DNA of 64,000 nt from Dictyostelium discoideum (Eukaryota): contig CM000151.3 in NCBI GenBank assembly GCA_000004695.1, forward strand, positions 6,560,001-6,624,000, written 5' to 3'. Shown here one piece after another: positions 12,954 to 22,942 of the stretch. Each line of letters opens with the position of its first letter. The stretch's first letter is position 1. Position numbers and translations under genes: made by a program. The notes beneath the pieces were generated by a model. That model searched no databases. It saw only the letters and a program-made list of their open reading frames with translations, and was not told the origin of the DNA.

Positions 12954-15900
12954 TGGTAGTAATCAAAATCAACCAATGGAATGTCAGAGGTTGGGGCACT
13001 GACACCTCCTTCAAAAACAAAACAGACTTTATCAAATCCCAATCCCCCCCAAACTCATTGGCAATAACCATAGTCAATGAACTCAACGCCGACGCAACAC
13101 AAGCACACCAGCTATTTCCTGGCTCCATCATTAGCGCAACCAACAGAGGCAACGGAATAGGAATACTAAACCACAACAACCAAAACATAAAACTCTCACC
13201 AATATTCATAATAGAAGGTAGACTAATAATATCAGACATTCTAATAAAAGATACCACAACGAGAATCTTGGCCATATACGCCCCGGCCCAACCTGATAAA
13301 AGAAAAACACTAGCTTCAACACTAAACAAACACTTCAACAACCAATACCACAACCTAACGTCTAACCCTAAAAAAAACATCGACATCATAGCAGGCGACT
13401 TCAATTGTTTAGACTTCAATGACAATCACACATCAAATGATGACCAAGGCAACTTGACAACACAATCCCCAGATGAGATGGCCACAGTAATCGAAGCCAT
13501 CAGAATTTCAAATAACCTAATGGATATGGACCAACTAAATAAAAGACCCACCTTCTCAAGAACGATACACAACACAAACAATAACCTCACAAGAATCTTG
13601 GAAAGGAGACTAGACAGAATATACCTTAACAATAGCATAATCAACTACAGCCAATTATACTTAAGGAACCTAATCCCCCCAAAAATTAATGACATACCTC
13701 TATCAGATCACAACTTCCTATCAACCACCTTCACTCTACCCAACATACAGATGAACAAGCGCAGATGGAGATTAAAAAAATCCTCAATCCTCTCAAGCAT
13801 AATGCTTAAGAAAATAGACTTCCTACTTAACGATTATTCAAGGGAGCTGTCATCCAACCATAACTCTATTTCCTTCTCTCAACTCAACAGCTTACTAAAC
13901 AAAATAAAACAACTATACACAGAATTTCAAAAACAAAATGACTACAACAATAAGGCAAACATCAAAAATCTAATCTCCCTACTAGAGACAGAATTTAAAG
14001 ACCAAGCCTTCGCAACCCTTTCAGCAATAAATGAATCTAAAAAAAGAGAAGAACAACTTAAACAAGAATTGAACAACTATTGCGAAGAAACCTCACTCAA
14101 GTACATCTCCGCGAGAATCAAGAAAAGACACAATGATTTCACCATCAACGCAGTAAAAGATGCACAAGGTAGAACAATCAACAAACAGGAATTGATCGAA
14201 GAAGAATACGTAAAATATTACTCAAATCTTTATGACTACAAAGAAGATGACCCACCATCTCATTATGAAATGTTGGAAAATTGGACAGTGACCAGGGACT
14301 CAACATGGGACAACCTTGAAAATGAATTCACATCACAAGAGATCCTAGAAGTAATAAAACAATTGAACCCACACAAATCTCCAGGCCCAGATGGAATTCC
14401 AAACTTATTCTACATAACACACAAAGAAAAACTAGCTCCAATACTGGCCTCAGCATTCAACGACACTCTAAGAAATCCTCATCTAATTAGCAAAAATTAC
14501 AAAGAAGGCCTCATTATCACGATACCTAAAAAGGGAGACCCCGAACTAATCAAAAACAGAAGACCAATTACACTGGCTAACTGTATATATAAAATCCACT
14601 CAAAACTAATAAACAATAGAATAATCCCAATACTAACGAAAGTGATCAACCACAATCAAAAAGGTTTCGTACCAGGCAGATTCATTATAGATAATATCAT
14701 ATCAATGAACGAATTAATCAACTATTGTAATGATAAAAGAATTAACGGAATAATTACACTATATGATTTCGAAAAAGCTTTTGACTCGATCTCACACGGT
14801 TCAATACTCAGATCACTACAACACATCAACATTCCAACCAATATAATCAACCTGATAATGAATCTACTCACCAAATCTGAAGCAAGAATTGAAATTAATG
14901 GTAGAACTACTATACCCTTTGAGATCAAAAGAGGAGTTAAACAAGGAGATCCACTATCACCCACCCTGTTCGTCCTTGTAATAGAGGCTTTAGCTAGAAA
15001 AATTTTACAAGATGACCGAATTACTGGCCTTCCTCTAAACAACAGCAACCACAGAGAGAAATTCCAAAGCTTTGCAGACGACTCGGCTTCAATGGTCCCA
15101 GACTCTCAACAACTTGAATTAGTACTACAACACTTCAATTCATTTTGCAAAGCCACTTCCTCAAAACTAAACATCGACAAATCTTCATCAATTCTTATAG
15201 GCAACCCAGACAATACCAACCAAAGAATTCCAATATCTACAAATCCAGAAAGATACTTGGGATACTTCTTCACAGGCAAAGGGATAACAAGAAAAATGCC
15301 AGAAATATTAAACACAATAAGATCATCCTTAGTACTATGGAAAACCACTGACTCAACAATCAAAACCAAAACCAACATCCTCAAAGCATTCGCACTCTCT
15401 AAATTAACCTACTATTCATATGTAGAGAACTTTAAGGAAGAGGAATTAAACCAAATCAATAAATTAGTCGAATGGTTTTTATCGGCACCAAACAACAAAA
15501 ATGCTAGTGGATTTCAAGTTATTAATTTAATGAGAGCCAAAAGAGCAAGATACCCACTAAAAGTAGGAGGCTGGAACATTTGGAATATAGAATTGAGACA
15601 ACTGGCGCAGAAACTTTGGATTATAAACCAGTTCATCCTAGCACTAGAAACCAAACAAACAAACTCATCTCATCACAAAAGCTGGGAATATCAGATCCAA
15701 AAAAACAAATTCACATCCAGATACCTAAAAGAAAACTTAGACGAATGGAACAAAATAAGAATAAAAAAAGCAATCTTCAACAATAATCTCACATCCATAA
15801 AAAACGAAAATGGACAACCACTTTCACTGGCAGAATGGTATACCACAATTCAAGACCAAAATCCAACCATCCCTAAAACGGAATTCCAATCATCTCTAAA

Positions 15901-16657
15901 CTTAAGAGGCTACAGCTATAATCAACTCTTCAACAATATACTGAAGATAAAAGACCCTAAAACAAGAGACACAATGTTTAGATTCCATGCCAGATGCCTT
16001 CCAATAAACTACCTTCACAACAAACAATGCCCACTCTGCAAAGAAGATATGAGCAAAGACCCATACGGTCACCTGTTCTTCTCATGCAAGAAAACAAAAC
16101 AATTCATAAAAATAAATAAACTCAAAAATTTCATCTTTATTACCACAGGCAAAGGTAAAAACTGGCACCATACAAGAATTAGGCAAAATAACAATTTCAT
16201 TAATAGAATAACTCCAAAATTATCACCGACAGCCAAAAAAGATCAAGAAGTGAATGCAGATTACGCCAACCACAGATTCCACAAAGAATACTTTGAATGG
16301 AACTATAAAGCAATAGACTATGATCTAACCAGATCATTCGCATATAGAAACCTAATGGCCCTTATCCTCCACAACATTTGGATTTGGATTTGCAATCAAA
16401 TATACAGTGAAGATCCTTTAACAGATGAATCACTATCATACAGCTCCCTTCTAAAGAAATGGCACAAATTGGCCACTCTAGAATACATCAAAAAAGCAAA
16501 AGATCTGAAAAACTTATCAGCAAAAGACCATAATAACTTCAAAGATCCTAAGATCCTTCTCACTTCAACGATCAAGCTAAGAAAAACAACAGCTAATTAC
16601 TATTGTATTCCAGAATCATCTCTCCCAAATATTATATCTTTTGATCAATTCATATGA
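12953..16657 (+). CDS. Retrotransposon ORF2 polyprotein (1234 aa). It has an apurinic/apyrimidinic endonuclease (APE)-like N-terminus, a reverse transcriptase domain and a C-terminal Cys-rich knuckle.
   Basis: The N-terminus is MVVIKINQWNVRGWGTDTSFKNKTDFIKSQSPPNSLAITIVNELNAD..., which matches the endonuclease/exonuclease/phosphatase fold pattern. The RT motifs are HKSPGPDGIPNLFY, LANCIYKIHSKLINNRI, GVKQGDPLSPTLFVLVIE and the catalytic FADD box QSFADDSASM. The C-terminal Cys-rich knuckle is CPLCKEDMSKDPYGHLFFSC. Confidence 0.85.
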   Translation: MVVIKINQWNVRGWGTDTSFKNKTDFIKSQSPPNSLAITIVNELNADATQAHQLFPGSIISATNRGNGIGILNHNNQNIKLSPIFIIEGRLIISDILIKDTTTRILAIYAPAQPDKRKTLASTLNKHFNNQYHNLTSNPKKNIDIIAGDFNCLDFNDNHTSNDDQGNLTTQSPDEMATVIEAIRISNNLMDMDQLNKRPTFSRTIHNTNNNLTRILERRLDRIYLNNSIINYSQLYLRNLIPPKINDIPLSDHNFLSTTFTLPNIQMNKRRWRLKKSSILSSIMLKKIDFLLNDYSRELSSNHNSISFSQLNSLLNKIKQLYTEFQKQNDYNNKANIKNLISLLETEFKDQAFATLSAINESKKREEQLKQELNNYCEETSLKYISARIKKRHNDFTINAVKDAQGRTINKQELIEEEYVKYYSNLYDYKEDDPPSHYEMLENWTVTRDSTWDNLENEFTSQEILEVIKQLNPHKSPGPDGIPNLFYITHKEKLAPILASAFNDTLRNPHLISKNYKEGLIITIPKKGDPELIKNRRPITLANCIYKIHSKLINNRIIPILTKVINHNQKGFVPGRFIIDNIISMNELINYCNDKRINGIITLYDFEKAFDSISHGSILRSLQHINIPTNIINLIMNLLTKSEARIEINGRTTIPFEIKRGVKQGDPLSPTLFVLVIEALARKILQDDRITGLPLNNSNHREKFQSFADDSASMVPDSQQLELVLQHFNSFCKATSSKLNIDKSSSILIGNPDNTNQRIPISTNPERYLGYFFTGKGITRKMPEILNTIRSSLVLWKTTDSTIKTKTNILKAFALSKLTYYSYVENFKEEELNQINKLVEWFLSAPNNKNASGFQVINLMRAKRARYPLKVGGWNIWNIELRQLAQKLWIINQFILALETKQTNSSHHKSWEYQIQKNKFTSRYLKENLDEWNKIRIKKAIFNNNLTSIKNENGQPLSLAEWYTTIQDQNPTIPKTEFQSSLNLRGYSYNQLFNNILKIKDPKTRDTMFRFHARCLPINYLHNKQCPLCKEDMSKDPYGHLFFSCKKTKQFIKINKLKNFIFITTGKGKNWHHTRIRQNNNFINRITPKLSPTAKKDQEVNADYANHRFHKEYFEWNYKAIDYDLTRSFAYRNLMALILHNIWIWICNQIYSEDPLTDESLSYSSLLKKWHKLATLEYIKKAKDLKNLSAKDHNNFKDPKILLTSTIKLRKTTANYYCIPESSLPNIISFDQFI

Positions 16658-16754
16658 TTAAAATAACCCTTCAGCTTAAATGATAAGCCTTTAAATAAAT
16701 ATTAAATAAAACTCGTATTAACACAGATGGACATATATCAATCTTGTTAATCCA

Positions 16755-16824
<70 letters not shown>

Positions 16825-17115
16825 AAATACTCAAAAAAAAACACCAACTAAGGTATTAGTCTAAAAAAGATAGGTGCCCAGCCCAGTTACAACCATGAAC
16901 CATTTTATCTAAGCAAAAAAAAAAAATAATGTAAAAAAAGTATTTTAAAAAAAGAAGAAAACACGTTAATTAAAAATAAAATGTTATTTAAAAACAAAGG
17001 GTTTTTTAATTAAAATTTATTTAAATATTATTACAGGTTTTTATTTTAACTAAAAAATTATATTTTACAAATAAATAATTAATATTAATATCACTAAAAA
17101 TTTTGAAATTACATT

Positions 17116-18232
17116 TTAAAAATTAATATTTAATAATATTATTAATATTAATAACAAGAAATTTGGTAAAAGTTTTAAAGAATTTGATTCAATATTTTCA
17201 TTTTCATTTAGTACCAACATTTCTTTTGACTCTTTTGCAAAGATATAATTTGGTTTTTGGATATATTGTTGGCAATATGATGGAATAAAGTTTTGAGAGT
17301 TTGGAGATGGTTGTTTTGTTGGAGTTTGAGTATTTGAATTTTGATTGTTTGAAGTTTGTTGAGAATTAAATGTTTGAGGTTTATAATTAATTGGATTATT
17401 TTCATTTAAATTGGAACAAGATGTTGAAAATTGGCCTGAAGTTTCATAAACTTTTCTGCTTTCTACTTTTGGAATAGTTACATAAATAAATTCTCCACCA
17501 ATTGATTCGATTCTAACATGAAATTGTCCACCAGTAATACTTGTTGGCCAGTAGTTATATGTGGTTTGGGATAGTGGAACAAATTGATTACTATTTGATA
17601 ATTTAATTGAAACTTGTTTAATTATAACTTTACTATTGAATACAAAGAAAGATGTCCAAAAATCATTACTACCATCTTTCATCATAATTTTAACATTTCC
17701 TGAAACTTCACATGGTACTTTTACATATGATAATCCATCTAATACACCTTGAGATTGTGGCCCCAAAATTGAAAATGCAGCTGGTGATAAATCAAAATGG
17801 TTATCTCTTTGACAATAACCTGCATCATGACATGAATCAGTTGCCATTACTGTAACTGAAGCATTTTTAGAATTTGAAATTTTAAAACATTGACCACATT
17901 GAGCACCTTAAAATAATATTAATAATAATTTATTAAAAAGGTAATAAAAAAAAGAAATGTTAAAATTTTCTTATTATTATTATTTTTTTATTTCTTAAAA
18001 AATAATAATAAATACCATTTTGATAAAGTTTTGATCCAAGAGCTGCAATCATATAGTTACCAGGACCCAATGGACCATTTAATTTTTCAAATCCACAATT
18101 ACCTGCATCGATAGCAGTATAAAAAGTTGCAGATGCCCCATTAATTATACTTTGGCTAAATGGACATGATTGTGCACTGATTAAAATAAATTTTACAATC
18201 GAAAGAACCAAAAAGATAGTATTGAATTTCAT
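17116..18232 (-). CDS. Expansin-like protein in 2 exons: join(18016..18232, 17116..17906). It is secreted or membrane-anchored, with an N-terminal signal peptide and a C-terminal TM helix.
   Basis: Exon 1 encodes MKFNTIFLVLSIVKFILISAQSCPFSQSIINGASATFYTAIDAGNCGFEKLNGPLGPGNYMIAALGSKLYQN. The junction is G|gtattt and ttttaag. Exon 2 encodes GAQCGQCFKISNSKNASVTVMATDSCHDAGYCQRDNHFDLSPAAFSILGPQSQGVLDGLSYVKVPCE..., then a second beta-sandwich region. A Q/N/S/T-rich linker and the hydrophobic tail LLPNFLLLILIILLNINF follow. The motifs GACG..., ALS, CG.CF.I and HFDLS are hallmarks of the expansin DPBB domain. Confidence 0.75.
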
Positions 18233-19133
18233 TTTTATTAATTTTTTTTTTTATAAAATACAATTTTAATAATTTACAATTTTTTTTTTTTTTTATTTAA
18301 ATGATTAGATTATAATTTTTTAAATGATATTTTAAAAAAAAAAATTTGTTTAAATAATTTTTTTTTTTTAATTTTTTAAAAAAAAAATAAAATAAATTAA
18401 AAATAAATAAATAATATAAAATAATAATAATAATTTTATAATAAAACATTTGATTATTTTGTCAAAGGAGACAATTATTTACTTGCATATCAATTGTACA
18501 AATAGTGATAATTTAAGAAATTGAATACCGATTTATTTTGAAGGATCAGATAATAAAACAAATATATATTATCAATATTAGTTTTTTTTTTTTTTTTTTT
18601 TTTTAATTTGTTTTTAAAAAAAAAATTTTCATTTTACAAAACCACAAATTATTATTATCTATCTGTCATTACCACACCCCACATAAATTCAATCAGTTAT
18701 TTTTTTTTTTATAACATTCCCAATTTCAATATTTAAAATTATAATAAAGAAATAATAATTTTAAAATTAAAAAAACCATGTTCAAATTTGATCAAATAAA
18801 AAATCAAATAATTTATAATAAAATATTATAATTTTAATTCATTTTTTTTATTTTTTTTATTTTATGTTTCAAGTAAGTTTTTTTATACTATTTTATAATA
18901 AAAAAAATAAAATAATAATAGATAAAACCAATATCTAATTTTTAAACCATTTTAAAAAAAAAAAAAAAAAATAAAAAATAATAATATTAATAGTTTTTTA
19001 TCTTTTAAATAAAAAAAAAAAAAAAAAAAAAGAAAAATGTTATCGCAATTAAATAAAATTATCTTTTTATTTTATTTTTTTAATTCTTTTAACTTTTTTT
19101 TTTTTTTTTTTTTTTTTTTATCAATTGACATTT

Positions 19134-20494
19134 TTAAAGGAAATATAATTTATCAGATAAATCTTTATCAACATTACGACCAACAGTTCTACCAATTAAA
19201 AATGCCATTTTATGAGCAAATTGACAACTTGCTGGTACACGAACAGATTTTTCAAAATTGAAATAAAGATGACACATTTGGAAAGTAAAGAATTGGAATA
19301 AATCAGCAGCCATTTGATGTTCATCCAATAAGACATGGTAATGAGTTGGATTGATTGAACCTTTGAAAGCAACTTGAGAGACCAAAAAGAAATCGTACCA
19401 ATTTTGATGGGTAATCTTTGAATCGATTAAAGTACCTGGTGGAGGATTTGCTTTTTGATTATCGTTTGTAAAGAAACGAGCGTTTGTATTCTTTTTAACG
19501 ATAGTGTAAACCAATTTTGGTTTAGTACCCCAAGAAGAAGGAGTTTCGGCAAAACCTTTTTTCATTGCGGCAATTTCAGTCTTATTGACGAGATCCAACA
19601 TACCATCACCAACACCATCACGATAAACAATCACCAATTCTGGTAAACAATTGTTATGGTTAAAGTAGCTTTTCATAGCTTCTTTGGTGGCGTCCTCAAG
19701 GGAATGAATAATTTCTTTACCAGGACGTTCTTGAGCGTAAGCACGAGAGAAAAACTTTTGGAATTTATCATCGATGGTTGCAACGAAACCAACCACTGAA
19801 TGACCTTTCATATCTGAATTGTGACCAACATCGACACCAATGACCATGGTTTTCTTTGGTACACCCTTGTAGATATCTTGACCGAGACCCCATGGTGCTA
19901 AACCTAACTTGGCAACCACTTGTTGTTTCAATTTGACAGAGACTGGTCTACCTTTATCAAAGGTTCTAGAAAAGATACATTGAGTTAAAACTCTGAATTG
20001 GATCAATGACTTCATTTTGATACCTTTGTAAACTTCTGCATTATTTTGAGGAATAATAATCAAAAAGAAGCTAACACCTTTTTTGACATATTGTTCCATA
20101 ATATCAGTGTAAATGGTTGATTTAATATCACGGGAACTCTTTGGAAGTACTGGATGATGAATAGTTGGTGGTTGTAATTGACTTTCTCTAAGGAAAAGAT
20201 CAAGATTCTTTTGACACTCACCTCTTTGGAAATCAAGTTGTTCAACAATGAATACCCATTTAACATTTCTCAATGCATTGGCGTTATTAATTGGAACATT
20301 CTTTGGTGCTTGTAATACACAACCTTCAACTTTTAAAGCTGGTTGATAAGAAATACCCCATGATTCCAACTCTTTTGAAATTGTTGGATTTGTATTAAAT
20401 CCATTAACAAAATTATTTAAATTATCAATTCTTTTATATGGTTCAACATTTGATTCTTCTGCTAAATCTTTCATAATATGAAAATCTTTACGCA

Positions 20495-20538
<44 letters not shown>

Positions 20539-22276
20539 TAATATTAATATATTTTTTTTTTAAAAATATGTATTTAAAATATATATTTTAATAAAATTTT
20601 TAAAACTTACTTCATCATTTAAACCAGTTAAATAAGTTAATTCTGGAACTAAATAAATTGTTTGTTTCATACCTCTCATTTTAACTTCAGATTTTAATAA
20701 TGGTTGATTTAAATCGGTGATTTTATATTTTGGATAATTCTTTTGATAATATTGTAAAAAGGTAGTTGAACCTTCCATAATATCGGTAACCTTTGAATTT
20801 TTACCTTGCCATGAAATACCAGAGATACGATAAGTTTTATTATTATAACGAGTTAAAACAATTGAATTTACAATTTCAGCGGTGCATCTATTGGTATTAT
20901 TATTTAAATATCTAATTCTTTCCAATACAGTCTGAGATCTAACAACTTTGGTAGTTGAATCACATAATAACATTGTACCAGCTTCAGTTGGAATAACTGA
21001 TGTACTAAAACCTTTCCAAACTTCTAAAAAGTGTTTTGGTACATCTCTTTTACCAACTGATGTATAATAATTTCTACCCATTAATGAATATCCCATTGAT
21101 CTCATAAACTAATAAAAAAAAATAAATAAAAAAATTTAATAATTAATTATTTATATATTAATATATATTTATAAATTTATATTTATAAAAACCTACAGAT
21201 TTGGTTAAAACATTAAAGAATTGAGTAATTGATTTATCAGTATGATCAAATTCTTTTGCTAATTTAATTAAAATTTGAACTCCATCAACATTTTGAGAAT
21301 TAATTTGAATCTTTTTAGCAGAGAATAATAAAGAATCACCATCATATTTAGTAAAGATTAAAGAATTTGCAGCTAGGAATTCTTTCATAACCTTGAATCT
21401 TCTATCTCTTGCAACTTGTGGTGGATCGTAATCAATACGATAGAGGAATAAACTTCTATTTTGTCTTACTTGAACTGGGAAGAAATTTGTAATAACAGAA
21501 ATTGGTTGACTTTGAATTGATCTTGGTTTTGCTGGGACAATTGCAATATTTTCAATATCATCATCTTTGACTAAATCTTTTCTTGAAATTGTTGGAACCT
21601 GTGCTGCTGCTGGTGAACTTGATGAAGTGGTAGTAGTAGTGGTAGTGGTTGTTTGTTGTTGTTGTTGTTGTTGCTGTTGTTGTTGTGGTTGTTGTTGTGG
21701 TTGAAGATTTTGTGGTGGCTGCTTACCCCAAGAACCACTTGGTTGTTTTGGTTGACCTTGTTGTGGACCTTGTTGTGGGCCCCTTTGTTGTTGTTGACCT
21801 TGTTGTTGACCTTGTTGTGGACCTCTTTGTTGTTGTTGACCTTGTTGTGGGTGACCTTGTTGTGGGTGACCTTGTTGTGGACCTCTTTGTTGTTGTTGTG
21901 GGTGACCTTGTTGTGGACCTCTTTGTTGTTGTTGTGGGTTACCTTGTTGTTGACCTTGTTGTTGTGGACCTCTTTGTTGTTGACCTTGTTGTGGGTGACC
22001 TTGTTGTTGGCCTTGTGGGTGACCTTGTGGGTGACCTTGTTGATGGAAACCTGGTGGTGGACCTCTTGGTTGTTGTTGTTGTTGTTGTTGTTGTGGTTGT
22101 TGTTGTTGTTGTTGTTGTGGTTGTTGTTGTTGTTGGAAACCTGGTGGTGGACCTCTTGGTTGTTGTTGTTGTTGTTGATGTTGTGGTTGTTGTTGGAAAC
22201 CTGGTGGTGGTTTTACGCCTCCTGCTGGATTTGGTTGGTTTGGTTCATCTTGTATGTTTGGTTTTTTAGGACCCAT
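19134..22276 (-). CDS. Argonaute (PAZ + Piwi) protein of about 979 aa in 3 exons: join(21197..22276, 20611..21108, 19134..20495). It has a Q/G/P-rich N-terminal extension carrying RG repeats.
   Basis: The C-terminus carries Piwi motifs: RDGVGDGML, a C-terminal catalytic His, and HVLLDEHQMAADLFQFFTFQMCHLYFNFEKSVRVPASCQFAHKMAFLIGRTVGRNVDKDLSDKLYFL. The middle region is PAZ/MID-like (YRISGISWQ..., QTIYLVPELTYLTGLNDE). The N-terminal 230 aa are repeats of QQQRGPQQG(H/Q)PQQG, encoded by CAA/CCA-rich DNA. Splice junctions are TCT|gtaggt with ttattag, and GAA|gtaagt with aaaag|ATG, both phase 0. The gene could be one of the Dictyostelium agn genes, possibly agnA given the sgcA/gpaB neighbourhood, but I cannot assign the paralog from sequence alone. 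Confidence 0.85.
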
Positions 22277-22740
22277 GTTAATTGGATTAAGAAAAATATA
22301 TATATATATATAAATAAAACAATTATTTTATTTAAATATGTATCTTTTAATTAAATAATGTTTAGTGGAAAAAAAAAAAAGTTAAAAAAAAAAAATTAAA
22401 ACGTCAGAATCTTGAAAAAAAAAAAAAAAAAAATGAAAAAAAATAAAATATTTTGAAAAAAATTCGCGCTGACTTTTCAAAGATTTTTTTTTTTTTGGAT
22501 TATGTTTTAGAAAAAAAGATCTGAAAAATTGTTTTTATTAATGGTAAGGTATACTATTTTCATATTTTTGTCTTTGAATTCAATTATTTTAAAAAAAAAA
22601 ATATATATAAGTGATTTGTTTTGATTTTTTAATTTTTTTTAAATAAATGAATAAAATTAGGGATTTAATTATTATATTTTTTTTTTTTTAATAGCATAAA
22701 AAATTATTTTAGTGATTAAAAGTTTCAATCTGGCAAAATT

Positions 22741-22756
22741 TGGGTGGGAGGGGGAG
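22741..22756 (+). promoter_or_regulatory. G-rich element gggtgggagggggaga in the Argonaute upstream and sgcA downstream intergenic region.
   Basis: This is an isolated run of G tracts in DNA that is otherwise more than 85% AT. It lies about 470 bp upstream of the Argonaute ATG. G-rich boxes are known promoter elements in this organism. Confidence 0.25.
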
Positions 22757-22942
22757 AAATCTAAATAAATTAAAATAATTTAAAATCAAAAAAATTGATT
22801 AAATAAAGTAGATTTTTAAGTTTAATTTTTAAAAAATACATAAATACTATTTTACAATTGTTTATTATTTTTTTTTTTGGTTTCTTTTTTTTTTCTTTTT
22901 TTGAAATTTTTCTATTTAGTTTTTTTTTTTTTTTTCTTCTAA

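Larger units (their letters stand above)
11480..16820 (+). mobile_element. Full-length tRNA-gene-targeted non-LTR (LINE-like) retrotransposon of TRE3 type (it integrates downstream of a tRNA gene), about 5.3 kb, carrying two overlapping ORFs.
   Basis: It starts about 50 bp downstream of the tRNA-Ser 3' end, in the same orientation. It has a 5' UTR of about 200 bp, ORF1 (417 aa), then ORF2 (1234 aa) overlapping by 1 nt at TAATGG. The 3' UTR ends in the 38-bp motif aagcctttaaataaatattaaataaaactcgtattaa at 16688..16722, and a copy of that motif sits at the 5' boundary at 11483..11517. A pure poly(A) tail of about 63 nt follows at 16757..16819. Both ORFs have the GC-richer composition typical of TRE elements in this genome. 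Confidence 0.75.

Noticed and set aside
12943-13644. Minus-strand ORFs of 160 and 72 aa overlapping the start of retrotransposon ORF2.
   Set aside because: They are antisense to the strongly supported APE/RT ORF, with no motif content. The unusually high GC of TRE elements lowers stop frequency on all frames.
18675-18690. The sequence ccccacataaatt, which resembles the Dictyostelium upstream sequence element (DUSE) of ncRNA genes.
   Set aside because: It does not exactly match the consensus as I remember it. Nothing GC-richer or structured lies at the expected distance of about 60 bp downstream on either strand.
21649-22354. Two plus-strand ORFs of more than 200 aa (poly-Val/Leu/Trp) overlapping the Argonaute 5' exon.
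   Set aside because: They are antisense read-through of the CAA/CCA (Gln/Pro) repeat. The translation has no complexity and no start context. The minus-strand frame is the one with Piwi/PAZ continuity.
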